From assembly GCA_963719495.1 (NCBI GenBank), contig CAVRCI010000002.1, positions 608,001 through 672,000 of the forward strand: a DNA stretch of 64,000 nt. The letters are read 5' to 3'. The stretch is from an uncultured Verrucomicrobiae bacterium. Lineage in GTDB: Bacteria > Verrucomicrobiota > Verrucomicrobiia > Chthoniobacterales > JAATET01. The notes beneath the pieces are model-generated. The model searched no databases and had not been told where the DNA came from. It saw nothing but the letters and a program-made list of their open reading frames with translations. This document shows positions 10,689 to 19,285 of this stretch, piece by piece (the first letter of the stretch is position 1; each line of letters begins with the position of its first letter). The position numbers and the translations under genes are program-made.

Positions 10689-10889
10689 CTATCGAGCAAG
10701 GCTCCTTCTACGTCCGGCTCTCTTGCCGTTGAATCGTTGCATGGACTCCTCGAGTTTGGCAGCGGTCAGCGAGGGGAGCCTGGTGACGAGTCGGCGTATA
10801 ACCATTGAGACGGATTCGAGCTCAGATTGCTTCTCCTTCTCGAGTAGCTCGGAGGCGTCGAGTTCGAGAGTAATTGTCTTTGTGGCCAT
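10689..10889 (-). CDS. vapB: VapB-family antitoxin (no toxin partner seen)
   Basis: MATKTITLELDA.ELL..EK....ESVSMVIRRL matches the VapB antitoxin N-terminal pattern. Confidence 0.7.
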   Translation of the reverse strand: MATKTITLELDASELLEKEKQSELESVSMVIRRLVTRLPSLTAAKLEESMQRFNGKRAGRRRSLAR

Positions 10890-10997
10890 ACGTGGAGGAC
10901 ACGAGGCCGTGCGATTTTTCTCACGCAGCGGCGCCGTCAAGACGCAGCGCTGAGATGAATTCGGAAATTCTTTGCTGTTGCCTCGCTCGCTCCCGGT

Positions 10998-11060
10998 TGC
11001 TTTCGCCGTTCCCCCGGCTCCGCCCGTCGGGCTGCCTGTCGGCAGGCGCTGGCGCTCGTC
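10998..11060. repeat. Short palindromic REP/MITE-like element
   Basis: Core GCTCCGCCCGTCGGGCTGCCTG (11017-11038) is the reverse complement, with 2 mismatches, of CAGGCAGCCCGAAGGGTGGAGC in the 46278-46334 insert. Confidence 0.55.
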
Positions 11061-11196
11061 TCCCGTCGGCGGGAGTGTCTCTCGCCCTTCGGGTTCCGCA
11101 AGGCCGGAGGCTGCCCCGAGCCTTCCCGGGCTCCTGTGCCCTACGCGAGGCCCGGTATCCGAATCTGTCCACAGGTGGAAGTCGTTGTTTTCTAAC

Positions 11197-11380
11197 TTAT
11201 CTGCGTTCGCGAATGCGATCGTCGAGGTTCGGGTTAGGACGGAAGATCATTGCGCGTCCGCGTTTCCCTTTCTCCAAAAGGACGTTTTCGCGAGGGTGAG
11301 GAGGTCTTTGCGAGCGGTGCCCTGGATGTTTTGGTGTGCCTCGATGGTGTCGAGTTGGGATTTCTCAGACTGTGGGTGAT
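11197..11380 (-). pseudogene. C-terminal winged-helix remnant of a Fic-family-like protein
   Basis: TIEAHQNIQGTARKDLLTLA, then after a frameshift LLEKGKRGRAMIFRPNPNLDDRIRERR*. Pattern recalled for Fic C-termini. Confidence 0.4.
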
Positions 11381-11421
11381 CAGTGCCTATTGGCGATAAT
11401 CGAGATCGGCCCATCCTCGGA

Positions 11422-11720
11422 TCAGCGCGTCGCGGTGTCGAGAAACCACGTTCGAAGCCAGCGAACGGCTGTCTGCAACGACGGTGCGTCATTTGTCAGC
11501 CATCCGTGAACAATCAATGGCGAGCATCCTGAGATCAGGAGACCGAAGTGGGGGCGACCAGAACTCTCAACAGCTGGATTCACCCGTCCGTCGCGCCGGA
11601 CGTTAGGAAGTCCGCCGGATCGGTCGGAATCAGGCCACCAGTATTTCCCCAGCCTGTTGTAATCGTGGGGGTCGCCGCTGGGAGCGACAACTTTCGAAGG
11701 ATTCGCGGTCACGGTGGGGG
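11422..11720 (-). pseudogene. Decayed partial duplicate of the alginate lyase gene
   Basis: APTVTA...APSGDPHDYNRLGKYWWPD...RRDGRVNP...WLRTWFLDTATR* is collinear with the N-terminal third of 6827-7981; truncated at both ends. Confidence 0.85.
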
Positions 11721-12015
11721 CGGGACGGTGAGCAATCCCTTGGCTCGTAGGGTCAAAGGTTCAAGATCGTCCGCAGAGATCGAGTCGCGCAGCTTGGTCC
11801 ACTCCTCGTCACGAGATCACACGATGGGGAAACTTCGACTCGACCCAAAAGACATTCCTGCTTTGATCAAGAGATTCAACTGATGCATCAAGCCGCATTC
11901 TAGGGTTCGATTTCGAGCTTCCAACGGGCGTTTGATCGGGAAGGCTGCCGGCAGCTCGGCCGAGATCTTCGCTTCTCAAGTTGACCTTAGGGCGGTGGCA
12001 CGACGTTTCGAATCG

Positions 12016-13564
12016 ATGGAAAAATACATTGGCACAAAGTGGTTCGAGTCCCCGCTCGGACCCGCGGAAGACCCTTGGACGCTTTCCACCTTGATTCCGG
12101 ACCATCCCCATCACCGGGATGCTTGCATCGGGAATGGCCTGATCGGAACGCGCATCAACGCAGAGGGGACAGCGGACGGCTACCGGCCGGGATCTTCCAG
12201 TTTCATGAGCGGCTTGTGGGGAGCCGCGACAGAGAATCCCGACCGTCCCCAGGGACTCATCGAGTTGCCCCACTGGGCGACATTGCGGATCGAGGGCGGA
12301 GATCGGGAGTTGCGGCGGTCGCTCGGAGAGATCTTTGATCGGCGTCAGAATCTGAATCTGCGCACGGCTACGGTGACCACCTCTTGGGTTTCCCACGAAG
12401 TGGACGGGAGCTCAATCAATCGAAAGATCGAGGTTTGGATGGCGAGGGCCGACCCCCACATCGCCGTTATTGACGCCAGAGTGCGAACCGACGGTCACTC
12501 ATTTCCGGCAACCGTGTCGATCGAAGAGGTCTTGGACAGCATGCACATCCCGGATACGTCGGAGGCTTCGACCAACGTTCTGGGCGAAGATCTGGTGATG
12601 ACTTTGATCAGCAGAAAATTCGGTCATCACTTGGTGGTTCGTTCGCGCTTGCTGATCTCTGGTGGGGACGGGTTGCGAATATTCTCCACGGTCACGTGCG
12701 ATCCGCGACGGGCCATCCGCCGGCTCCAACTGAGCGGCATCCGGCCTGGCGAAGAGATCCGGGTCGAGAAGGTCGTTGCAATCGTGAGCAGTAAGCAGCA
12801 CGCGGACCCCGAGAAAGAGGCGGGTCGTCAGCTGGATGCCGCGTGTGCTGACCTTTCAGGGATTCGCAAACGTCACGTTGAGGGGTGGGCACATTTGTGG
12901 ACCGGACGGATCGAATCGTCTCATCCGCGGCTACAGCAACTCGCAAATTCCTGCCTCTACCATCTCTACTCAACGGTTCGAGAAGAAACGGGGGATTCGC
13001 ACGGTCCTTGCGGATTATTTGGAAACGGTTGGGATGGTCACGTTTTTTGGGACACCGACCTGTGGACGCAACCCGTCCTGGCGTTGTTCAATCCGAGCCT
13101 AGCTCGATCTTGCGCAGCGTATCGGCATCGCACGCTCGGGGGTGCGCGGGAGAATGCAGTCCGCGAAGGAGAAGCTGGGGCGCGCTATGGCTGGATGACG
13201 GGAGAGACCGGGGCGGAATGCTGTTCCCAGCGAGTCTTCCAAGAAGAGCGGCACATCGTGAGCTGCGTCGCGCTGGGTCAGTGGTTGTACGCCGTCGGCG
13301 CTGGTGACGAGGATTGGCTAGCGGGTGAGGGTCTGGAGGTCCTCACAGGATGTGCGGAATACTGGGTTTCGCGTGCGGTGAAGGACGCAGATGGCAGATA
13401 CCACATTTTGAAGGTTTGCGGTCCCGATGAACATGCTGGGTGTGTCGACGACAACGCCGTGACGAATTGGGGTGCCGCGTGGACGCTCCGGAAGGCAGCG
13501 GAGTTGACGTGCCAACAAGGGAATACTCCTCCACCGGTCTGGCAGGAAATCGCCGACGGATTAG
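12016..13564 (+). pseudogene. GH65 glycoside hydrolase/phosphorylase, 5' part (interrupted by IS1634)
   Basis: IGNGLIG, GHVFWDTDLW, GPDEH...DDNAVTN motifs; frame broken at TTAG 13561-13564. Confidence 0.85.
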
Positions 13565-15593
13565 CCCTACTTCGCGGACTGGAGGGGTCGAATGGTTGCG
13601 AAGCCGCTATTTTACAGGAGCGAGGTCAAAAGGTCGGCACTACAGGCTGAGGTGATTCGAGGAGAGTTGATCTTCGGTGGCGGTTGCTCCGGCAGGGTGA
13701 GATTGAGTTGTTGCAGCAGGAGCTGGAGGTCTTTTTCGGGCTGAGTGTAGCGGGTGAGAACGATTTCACGCCCGTCGGTGGTGGGGAGAGCAACGTCGAG
13801 CATTTGCACGGCGGCGAACTTCTCGAAGACACTCCTGGGAGTCAGTCCGCTGGCCAGAGGTTTGAGGCGGGCCTTGAGGGTGACCTGTAGGCAGTAGGCT
13901 AGGAACGAGATGAAGATGTGGGACTCGATGCGGTGTTCGAGTTGGTGGTGGATGGGCCGGATGGCCAAGTCGCCTTTGAGTTCTTTGAAGGCCTGTTCGA
14001 TCTCGGTGAGCTGGAGGTAGTATTCCCAGAGTTTGGCTGGATCGCTCCCGCTCAGGTTGGTTCGCAGTAGGTAGCGTCCTTCGCGGCGGCGGGCCACGCG
14101 CAGTTTTTTGCGATCAAGGCGGTGGGTGAAGGTCACGGTTTGCTTTTCGGCTTCGCCGTGGATAGCGACTTCAACCTGGACGTGGCGGGCGTCGCGTCCG
14201 GCTTGCTTTTTCGCCGCGCCGAGAGCTTGGTGGAAGTCGTCTCGTCCGAGCGGGGTTTTGCGTGAGTTCAGATCGGCGAGAGTTTTGAGGTATTTGCGAA
14301 GACGGCGGCGACGCATCGAACGCTCTTTGGCGACGCGTGCTTCGCTCTGCGCAAAGACGTAGGTTTCCCCGCCCTTGGGCAGCAACTTGACCTGCACATT
14401 CTCACGCACATTTTTCCACGGGCAATCGAGCAGATCCTTTTCCAAGGCCGTGAGACGGCCTTTGGGCGTGCCCACGAGGTAGGAGACTGGTGGATCGCTT
14501 TTGCGCATTTCCTCGAGGACTTCTTCGGTCGGGATGCCCCGATCCATGATCCAGATGCGGTCGGCTTTGCCGTATTGGTCTTGGATCTTTTCTAGGAAGG
14601 TTCGCAGGGTCGTCTTGTCCGCTGTGTTGCCGGCGAGCACTTCGTAGGCGATGGGAAAGCCGTCCGGGGTTACGATCAAAGCGATGACCACCTGCACGCA
14701 ATCGCTTCGCTTGTCGCGCGAGTAACCAAACTTGCGCTTGTCGTCTTCGGGGAACGGCGGATTGCTCTCGAAGTAGGTGCTCGTGAGATCGTAAAGCAGG
14801 ACTTCGAATTTGGCGTCGAAGAGAGTTTTCCAGCGCTCGGTGAGATGGTCGAAGAAAGCGGTTTTGTGGGGCAGTAACTTGTCGTGACACTCGTAGAGCC
14901 GATGGATTTCGGCCAACCCGAAGTCGCCGCCCAGCAGATCGCCCATCGCGCTTTGGTCGAACCAATGGCGGTGCAAACGCCATTCGCTACCGGGGCTCAA
15001 GAGGCGGTAAACGGCGATCGTTTTTAAGATGTCGGCCCACCGGGCTCCCTGCCGACCTCTGGGCAGGCGATCTTCCCAAAACTCGTCCAAGCCAAGCTGT
15101 TCCCAGAGCTGGCAAGCCAGCCAACACGCGCCCCATTGACGCGGTCTGCGGAGCTGCATCTCCGATAGCCGGATGCCGACAGCGGGAATCTCACGGTGGC
15201 CGACATCCGACGGAAGGTGTTCCTCCGGGAAGAGCGAGACCTGCTGCGGTGCCTCGTCGCCTTCGCTCGCAAAAAGATCGATTGTCTTTTGCCACGATGC
15301 CTCCTGACGCCCGTTGAGTTCCCCCAAATACAGAACGTGTCGCTGCAGAACTCGGCCACCGGACACTCTCCGGTTCTCGACAATGCTCCAGTAAAGGTGC
15401 TCTTTCCCGTCCTTGCGGCGCTTCTTACAACGGAGAAACATGTCCCCATGAAAACAGTTCCCTCAAAAAACGCGCAAGGGGGTAGGTCGGCACTACAAGC
15501 ACTTTCGGAGACCACCCCCTTGTGTTTATGCGGGTTCGACGACCTCAAGCTGCCGAAAATAGCTGTTTTTGGCCTCGAGTCCGCGAAGTAGGG
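13565..15593 (-). mobile_element. IS1634-family insertion sequence, intact, 2029 bp
   Basis: Perfect 16-bp terminal inverted repeats CCCTACTTCGCGGACT; flanking duplication TTAG at 13561-13564 and 15594-15597. Confidence 0.93.
13612..15441 (-). CDS. IS1634-family DDE transposase
   Basis: MFLR...KDGKEHLYWSIVENRR, YDLTSTYFE, GYSRDKRSD, MDRGI, IEQAFKELK. Confidence 0.93.
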   Translation of the reverse strand: MFLRCKKRRKDGKEHLYWSIVENRRVSGGRVLQRHVLYLGELNGRQEASWQKTIDLFASEGDEAPQQVSLFPEEHLPSDVGHREIPAVGIRLSEMQLRRPRQWGACWLACQLWEQLGLDEFWEDRLPRGRQGARWADILKTIAVYRLLSPGSEWRLHRHWFDQSAMGDLLGGDFGLAEIHRLYECHDKLLPHKTAFFDHLTERWKTLFDAKFEVLLYDLTSTYFESNPPFPEDDKRKFGYSRDKRSDCVQVVIALIVTPDGFPIAYEVLAGNTADKTTLRTFLEKIQDQYGKADRIWIMDRGIPTEEVLEEMRKSDPPVSYLVGTPKGRLTALEKDLLDCPWKNVRENVQVKLLPKGGETYVFAQSEARVAKERSMRRRRLRKYLKTLADLNSRKTPLGRDDFHQALGAAKKQAGRDARHVQVEVAIHGEAEKQTVTFTHRLDRKKLRVARRREGRYLLRTNLSGSDPAKLWEYYLQLTEIEQAFKELKGDLAIRPIHHQLEHRIESHIFISFLAYCLQVTLKARLKPLASGLTPRSVFEKFAAVQMLDVALPTTDGREIVLTRYTQPEKDLQLLLQQLNLTLPEQPPPKINSPRITSACSADLLTSLL

Positions 15594-15597
15594 TTAG

Positions 15598-16193
15598 TGA
15601 TGCTCGAACATCCTGAGCTCAAAATTCCGTTGCAGATGCGACAGTGGCGGGAGGACCAGACGATCAAGCAAGCGGACGCTACCCTCTTGGTTCACCCGTG
15701 GCACCTTCCTCTCGACGAGGACAAGATTGAGAAGATGGTCGACTACTACCGGGCGCATTATCCCGACCAACCCATCATGATGGGGGCTGCTATCGATGGG
15801 ATTTTGGATGGCCGATTAGGTCGAAGTGCAGAGGTTACGCGAACGTTTGCAGAGCTCCTTCCGTATTTCCGACCTCCGTTTCTTGTCACAACGGAGGCGC
15901 CGTCAAACGAGCGACTCGTCTTCCTGACCGGAATGGGCGGGTTTCTCCAGTTTATCGCGATGGGGATGGCGGGATTGATCACGGACGAATGGAGCGGGCT
16001 GCGGAGCGGATGGGCTTGTTTGCCGGACGGGCTGGACGACTTGACACTCCACGGCGTCCACCATCGGGGTGGTGTTCATGAAGTGACCGTGTCGCGCGAC
16101 TCCGCGGGTTGCGCCCGGGTCAAGATTGCGACCGACGCCGAGATTGCTACAGACGCGCAGCGGGGTGCGGCCATTGCGCTCCCGGATCGGTAG
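15598..16193 (+). pseudogene. GH65 glycoside hydrolase, 3' part
   Basis: IKQADATL and FLTGMGGFLQ GH65 motifs; rejoins the 5' part in frame (…DGL-VMLEHPE…) when the IS and one TTAG are removed. Confidence 0.85.
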
Positions 16194-16347
16194 GAGCCGC
16201 AGCGCTGGGCTTGGTGGAACGAGCAACATATCGAGGCAGAATGAAAATTCTTGTTGCAATCGACCGACCGGCATGACACTTATATCAGAAGCTTGTCCCG
16301 GGTTACCGACCGCGGGGCGTCTCACAAAACCCCAAAACGCACTCCCA

Positions 16348-17217
16348 ATGAAAACCAAATCCCTTCGAAACACTTTTCTTCTAACAGCCGCCTCTGGCTT
16401 GATCGTCGGTCTCTCGACCGTCGCTCCGAGTAGCGCCGCAGTCATTTTCTCTGAAAATTTTGACGGCGTGACGGTTGGTTCAGCAATCGTTCCAGGAAAC
16501 ACCAATTACACGCTCGGTGCGACGGGGGCAGGCACCACTCAGACTTCCACGTTGGATTCCGCTAACCTGTTTGGGCTGGGGACATCGAACCGTTACAATC
16601 TCACGAACGATGGTTCGACGAGTTTTTCCACCTTCATTGGGGTGAGTGCCCTGAACGGCTCTGGGCTCGGTTCAATTGCGACTTACTCTTGGGACTTTAA
16701 CGATAGCACTGGGAGAGAGGGCTACACCTTTCGCATTTCGACTGGTAATAGTCCCCAATCCGCGCACACCACCCAAGTGAATTTTAACTCATCTGGTGCG
16801 GGGTCTATTCTCGACGTCACCAGCGCTTTTACTCTTGGAAGCACCTATCGGGTGGATTTGGTTGCGAACGTGGGTGCATCGACCGTCAATTTTTCCGACG
16901 GGAATGGTATCGCCCGTTCGGTTGGAGCCAGCAGATTTTCGGTCTTCCTGACAACGCTGGATCGAACGACGCAAACGGTCATCAAAGACAACGCAACCTT
17001 TAACGGCGGCGCAGGCGCGGCAGATGGCCTCTTCAGATCGGTGGCCTTTCAGACCTTCAACGGGAACACTCCCATCGTCGCGTGGGACAACGTCACCGTC
17101 CGAGACGAAGCGTTTGTCACTACGGCTGTTCCCGAGCCATCCACTTACGCGTTGTTCTGCGTTGCCGGTGTTGCCGCTATTGCGATGGTTCGCCGTCGTC
17201 GCCAGATGCAGGCCTGA
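16348..17217 (+). CDS. PEP-CTERM exosortase-target protein
   Basis: Signal peptide; Thr/Ser/Gly/Asn-rich body; VPEPSTYALF + TM helix + RRRR tail. Confidence 0.92.
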   Translation: MKTKSLRNTFLLTAASGLIVGLSTVAPSSAAVIFSENFDGVTVGSAIVPGNTNYTLGATGAGTTQTSTLDSANLFGLGTSNRYNLTNDGSTSFSTFIGVSALNGSGLGSIATYSWDFNDSTGREGYTFRISTGNSPQSAHTTQVNFNSSGAGSILDVTSAFTLGSTYRVDLVANVGASTVNFSDGNGIARSVGASRFSVFLTTLDRTTQTVIKDNATFNGGAGAADGLFRSVAFQTFNGNTPIVAWDNVTVRDEAFVTTAVPEPSTYALFCVAGVAAIAMVRRRRQMQA

Positions 17218-17260
17218 TTGCTGGTCGACCGTTGTCGGGCTGAATCCCGAAGAAAGCTTG

Positions 17261-17292
17261 GTGCCGGGGATGTTTTCATCCCCGGCACTTTT
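17261..17292 (+). terminator. Rho-independent terminator
   Basis: 12-bp perfect stem GTGCCGGGGATG/CATCCCCGGCAC, 4-nt loop, followed by TTTT. Confidence 0.8.
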
Positions 17293-17409
17293 CATTTTGG
17301 AGTTGCCTGCCACAGGTTCCGAACTGGAACGATCTGTCGAGGTCCGCTTGCGTGACATTCATTGTTCGGCGGATTGACGAACGTGGTGAAAGATATTACT
17401 GATACAATC

Positions 17410-19113
17410 ATGACTCCCGCCCATTCATTTCCCCTCTCTCGTCACTTGGTTGTCCTCTGCGTCAGTCTCGCTGGACTGGTCCCGTTCACCGCTCGATCCG
17501 TGGAGATCGAAATGCTGCCGTCGGACGGAGCTGAGATCGTCGGATCGAATTACGAAGCCCGGATCGCGAGTGATGGGTGCATGACGAAGCTGGAGGTGGG
17601 CGGGAGGCCATTTCTCAAGTCGGGTGTCGCTGGGTTTACCAAGGGAGTCTACCTCATCTCGAAAGGCAACGTGCTGCGGCTGAGTCAAATCGAGCTGGAA
17701 GGTGATTCGAGCGTTTTGGCGAGCGGCGGAGATACCTCGATTCATTACGCGTTCTCGGACGAAGGGATCGTTTTCACCGCGAAGAACGACCGTGAGAATA
17801 TGATCAGCTTTTTTCTGATTCTCGATAAGGGTGTCACGGATCTGACCACCGTCGATGGCGGTAATTACCCGCTGCCGATCGGAAACAATCTGAATAACGT
17901 GACGCTACACAGCGAAGGGAGTTCGATGACGGTGAGCGGCTCGGGCAAGTATTGGCCCTTCGAAGGGCATCAGGCCGTGCAGTTCGACATTCGGTCGGGT
18001 GAGAGTTTCGAGGTGGAAGTTGGATTTTCAAGTGATGGAAGCGGGGAATCTGCGGTGACAGTTTTAGAAACGCCTCCGGTCGCGACGGCACCCGTCCCGG
18101 CTCCCGAGACCTCGCCAGCGAGGACCGGCGGAGATTCCGCCCTGACGATCACATCGCCGGTCGAGTATCAGGTTTTTCAGCGGACATCGGAGACGTCCGG
18201 TCCGCTGCGGATTGCGGTGACGGCGAAAGACCCGGCCCAATCCATCGAATACTGTCTGACGGGCGAGTCGACCTCGGGGAAGCTTCCGGAAGATTGGATC
18301 GCGTTGGAGAAAAAGGCCGGGGCCGCGCAGTCGGAAGCGACCGTCGAGACGCCGGCGGGCGGCTGGTATCGGCTCGAGGTCCGGACAGTGGCGGGTGGGG
18401 GTGAGGAGCAAACCGCGGCCGTCGAGCGATTTGGAATCGGAGATATCTTCATCGGAGCCGGCCAGTCGAACTCGACGAGTTGCGGAGAGGTTCCCACGGA
18501 AACCCAGACGGGACTCGTTGCGAACTTTACCGGCAAGGAATGGCGGCTGGCGAACGATCCTCAGCTCGGGACGGCGGATCAGGGAAAGAAGGGGTGCAAG
18601 GGTGGAAGTTTTTACCCGGCATTTGGCGATACTTTGGCGTCGGATTTGGGCGTTCCGATCGGCGTTGCGCCGACGGGTTGCACGGGCACCAGCGTCAAGT
18701 ATTGGCAACCGGGGGGCGACCTCTTCAAGCGCCTTGTCCAGCGGATGGATGAGTTGGGAGAGCAGGGGTTTCGAGCGGTTTTGTGGCATCAGGGCGAAAC
18801 GGACGTCGAAATGGACGGCGACACCTACTTCAAACTGCTGAAAAAGGTCATCACGACCTCGCGCGAGAAGGCGGGGTGGGACGCGCCGTGGATCGTTGCC
18901 CAAGCAACCTATCCCGATAAGCCGGACGATCATCCCATTCGCGAGGCGCAGGCGCGGATATGGTCGGAAGGCATCGCCCACGAGGGGCCGGACACCGATC
19001 AGCTCGGCCGGAAGTATCGCGACAGCACGGCGGTGCATTTCAATCCCGAAGGACTCGACGCCCACGGCAAGCTTTGGGCGACGAAAGTGCGTGAGGCGCA
19101 GCTGACGTTTTAG
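17410..19113 (+). CDS. Secreted SGNH sialate-O-acetylesterase-like (SASA/DUF303) carbohydrate esterase
   Basis: GAGQSNS, WHQGETD, DSTAVHF motifs; signal peptide; extra N-terminal domain and Pro-rich linker. Confidence 0.85.
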   Translation: MTPAHSFPLSRHLVVLCVSLAGLVPFTARSVEIEMLPSDGAEIVGSNYEARIASDGCMTKLEVGGRPFLKSGVAGFTKGVYLISKGNVLRLSQIELEGDSSVLASGGDTSIHYAFSDEGIVFTAKNDRENMISFFLILDKGVTDLTTVDGGNYPLPIGNNLNNVTLHSEGSSMTVSGSGKYWPFEGHQAVQFDIRSGESFEVEVGFSSDGSGESAVTVLETPPVATAPVPAPETSPARTGGDSALTITSPVEYQVFQRTSETSGPLRIAVTAKDPAQSIEYCLTGESTSGKLPEDWIALEKKAGAAQSEATVETPAGGWYRLEVRTVAGGGEEQTAAVERFGIGDIFIGAGQSNSTSCGEVPTETQTGLVANFTGKEWRLANDPQLGTADQGKKGCKGGSFYPAFGDTLASDLGVPIGVAPTGCTGTSVKYWQPGGDLFKRLVQRMDELGEQGFRAVLWHQGETDVEMDGDTYFKLLKKVITTSREKAGWDAPWIVAQATYPDKPDDHPIREAQARIWSEGIAHEGPDTDQLGRKYRDSTAVHFNPEGLDAHGKLWATKVREAQLTF

Positions 19114-19201
19114 TCAGGGATTCGCGACGCTTCTCGGATCTTTTCTCTGAGAGGCAAGGGGGGACGAGGCGGAGGTTGTCTTCGAAGGACGGTTTTAGGG
19201 A

Positions 19202-19231
19202 TTGACATCTTTCGGATCTGAAAGGTATCTC
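19202..19231 (+). promoter_or_regulatory. Putative sigma70-type promoter
   Basis: TTGACA at 19202, then GTATCTC 17-18 bp downstream, upstream of ATG 19286. Confidence 0.45.
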
Positions 19232-19285
19232 TTATATCAGCGAGTGCGGCAGTCCGCTGTGCTCCAAACCTCCCCCCCAAAACAA

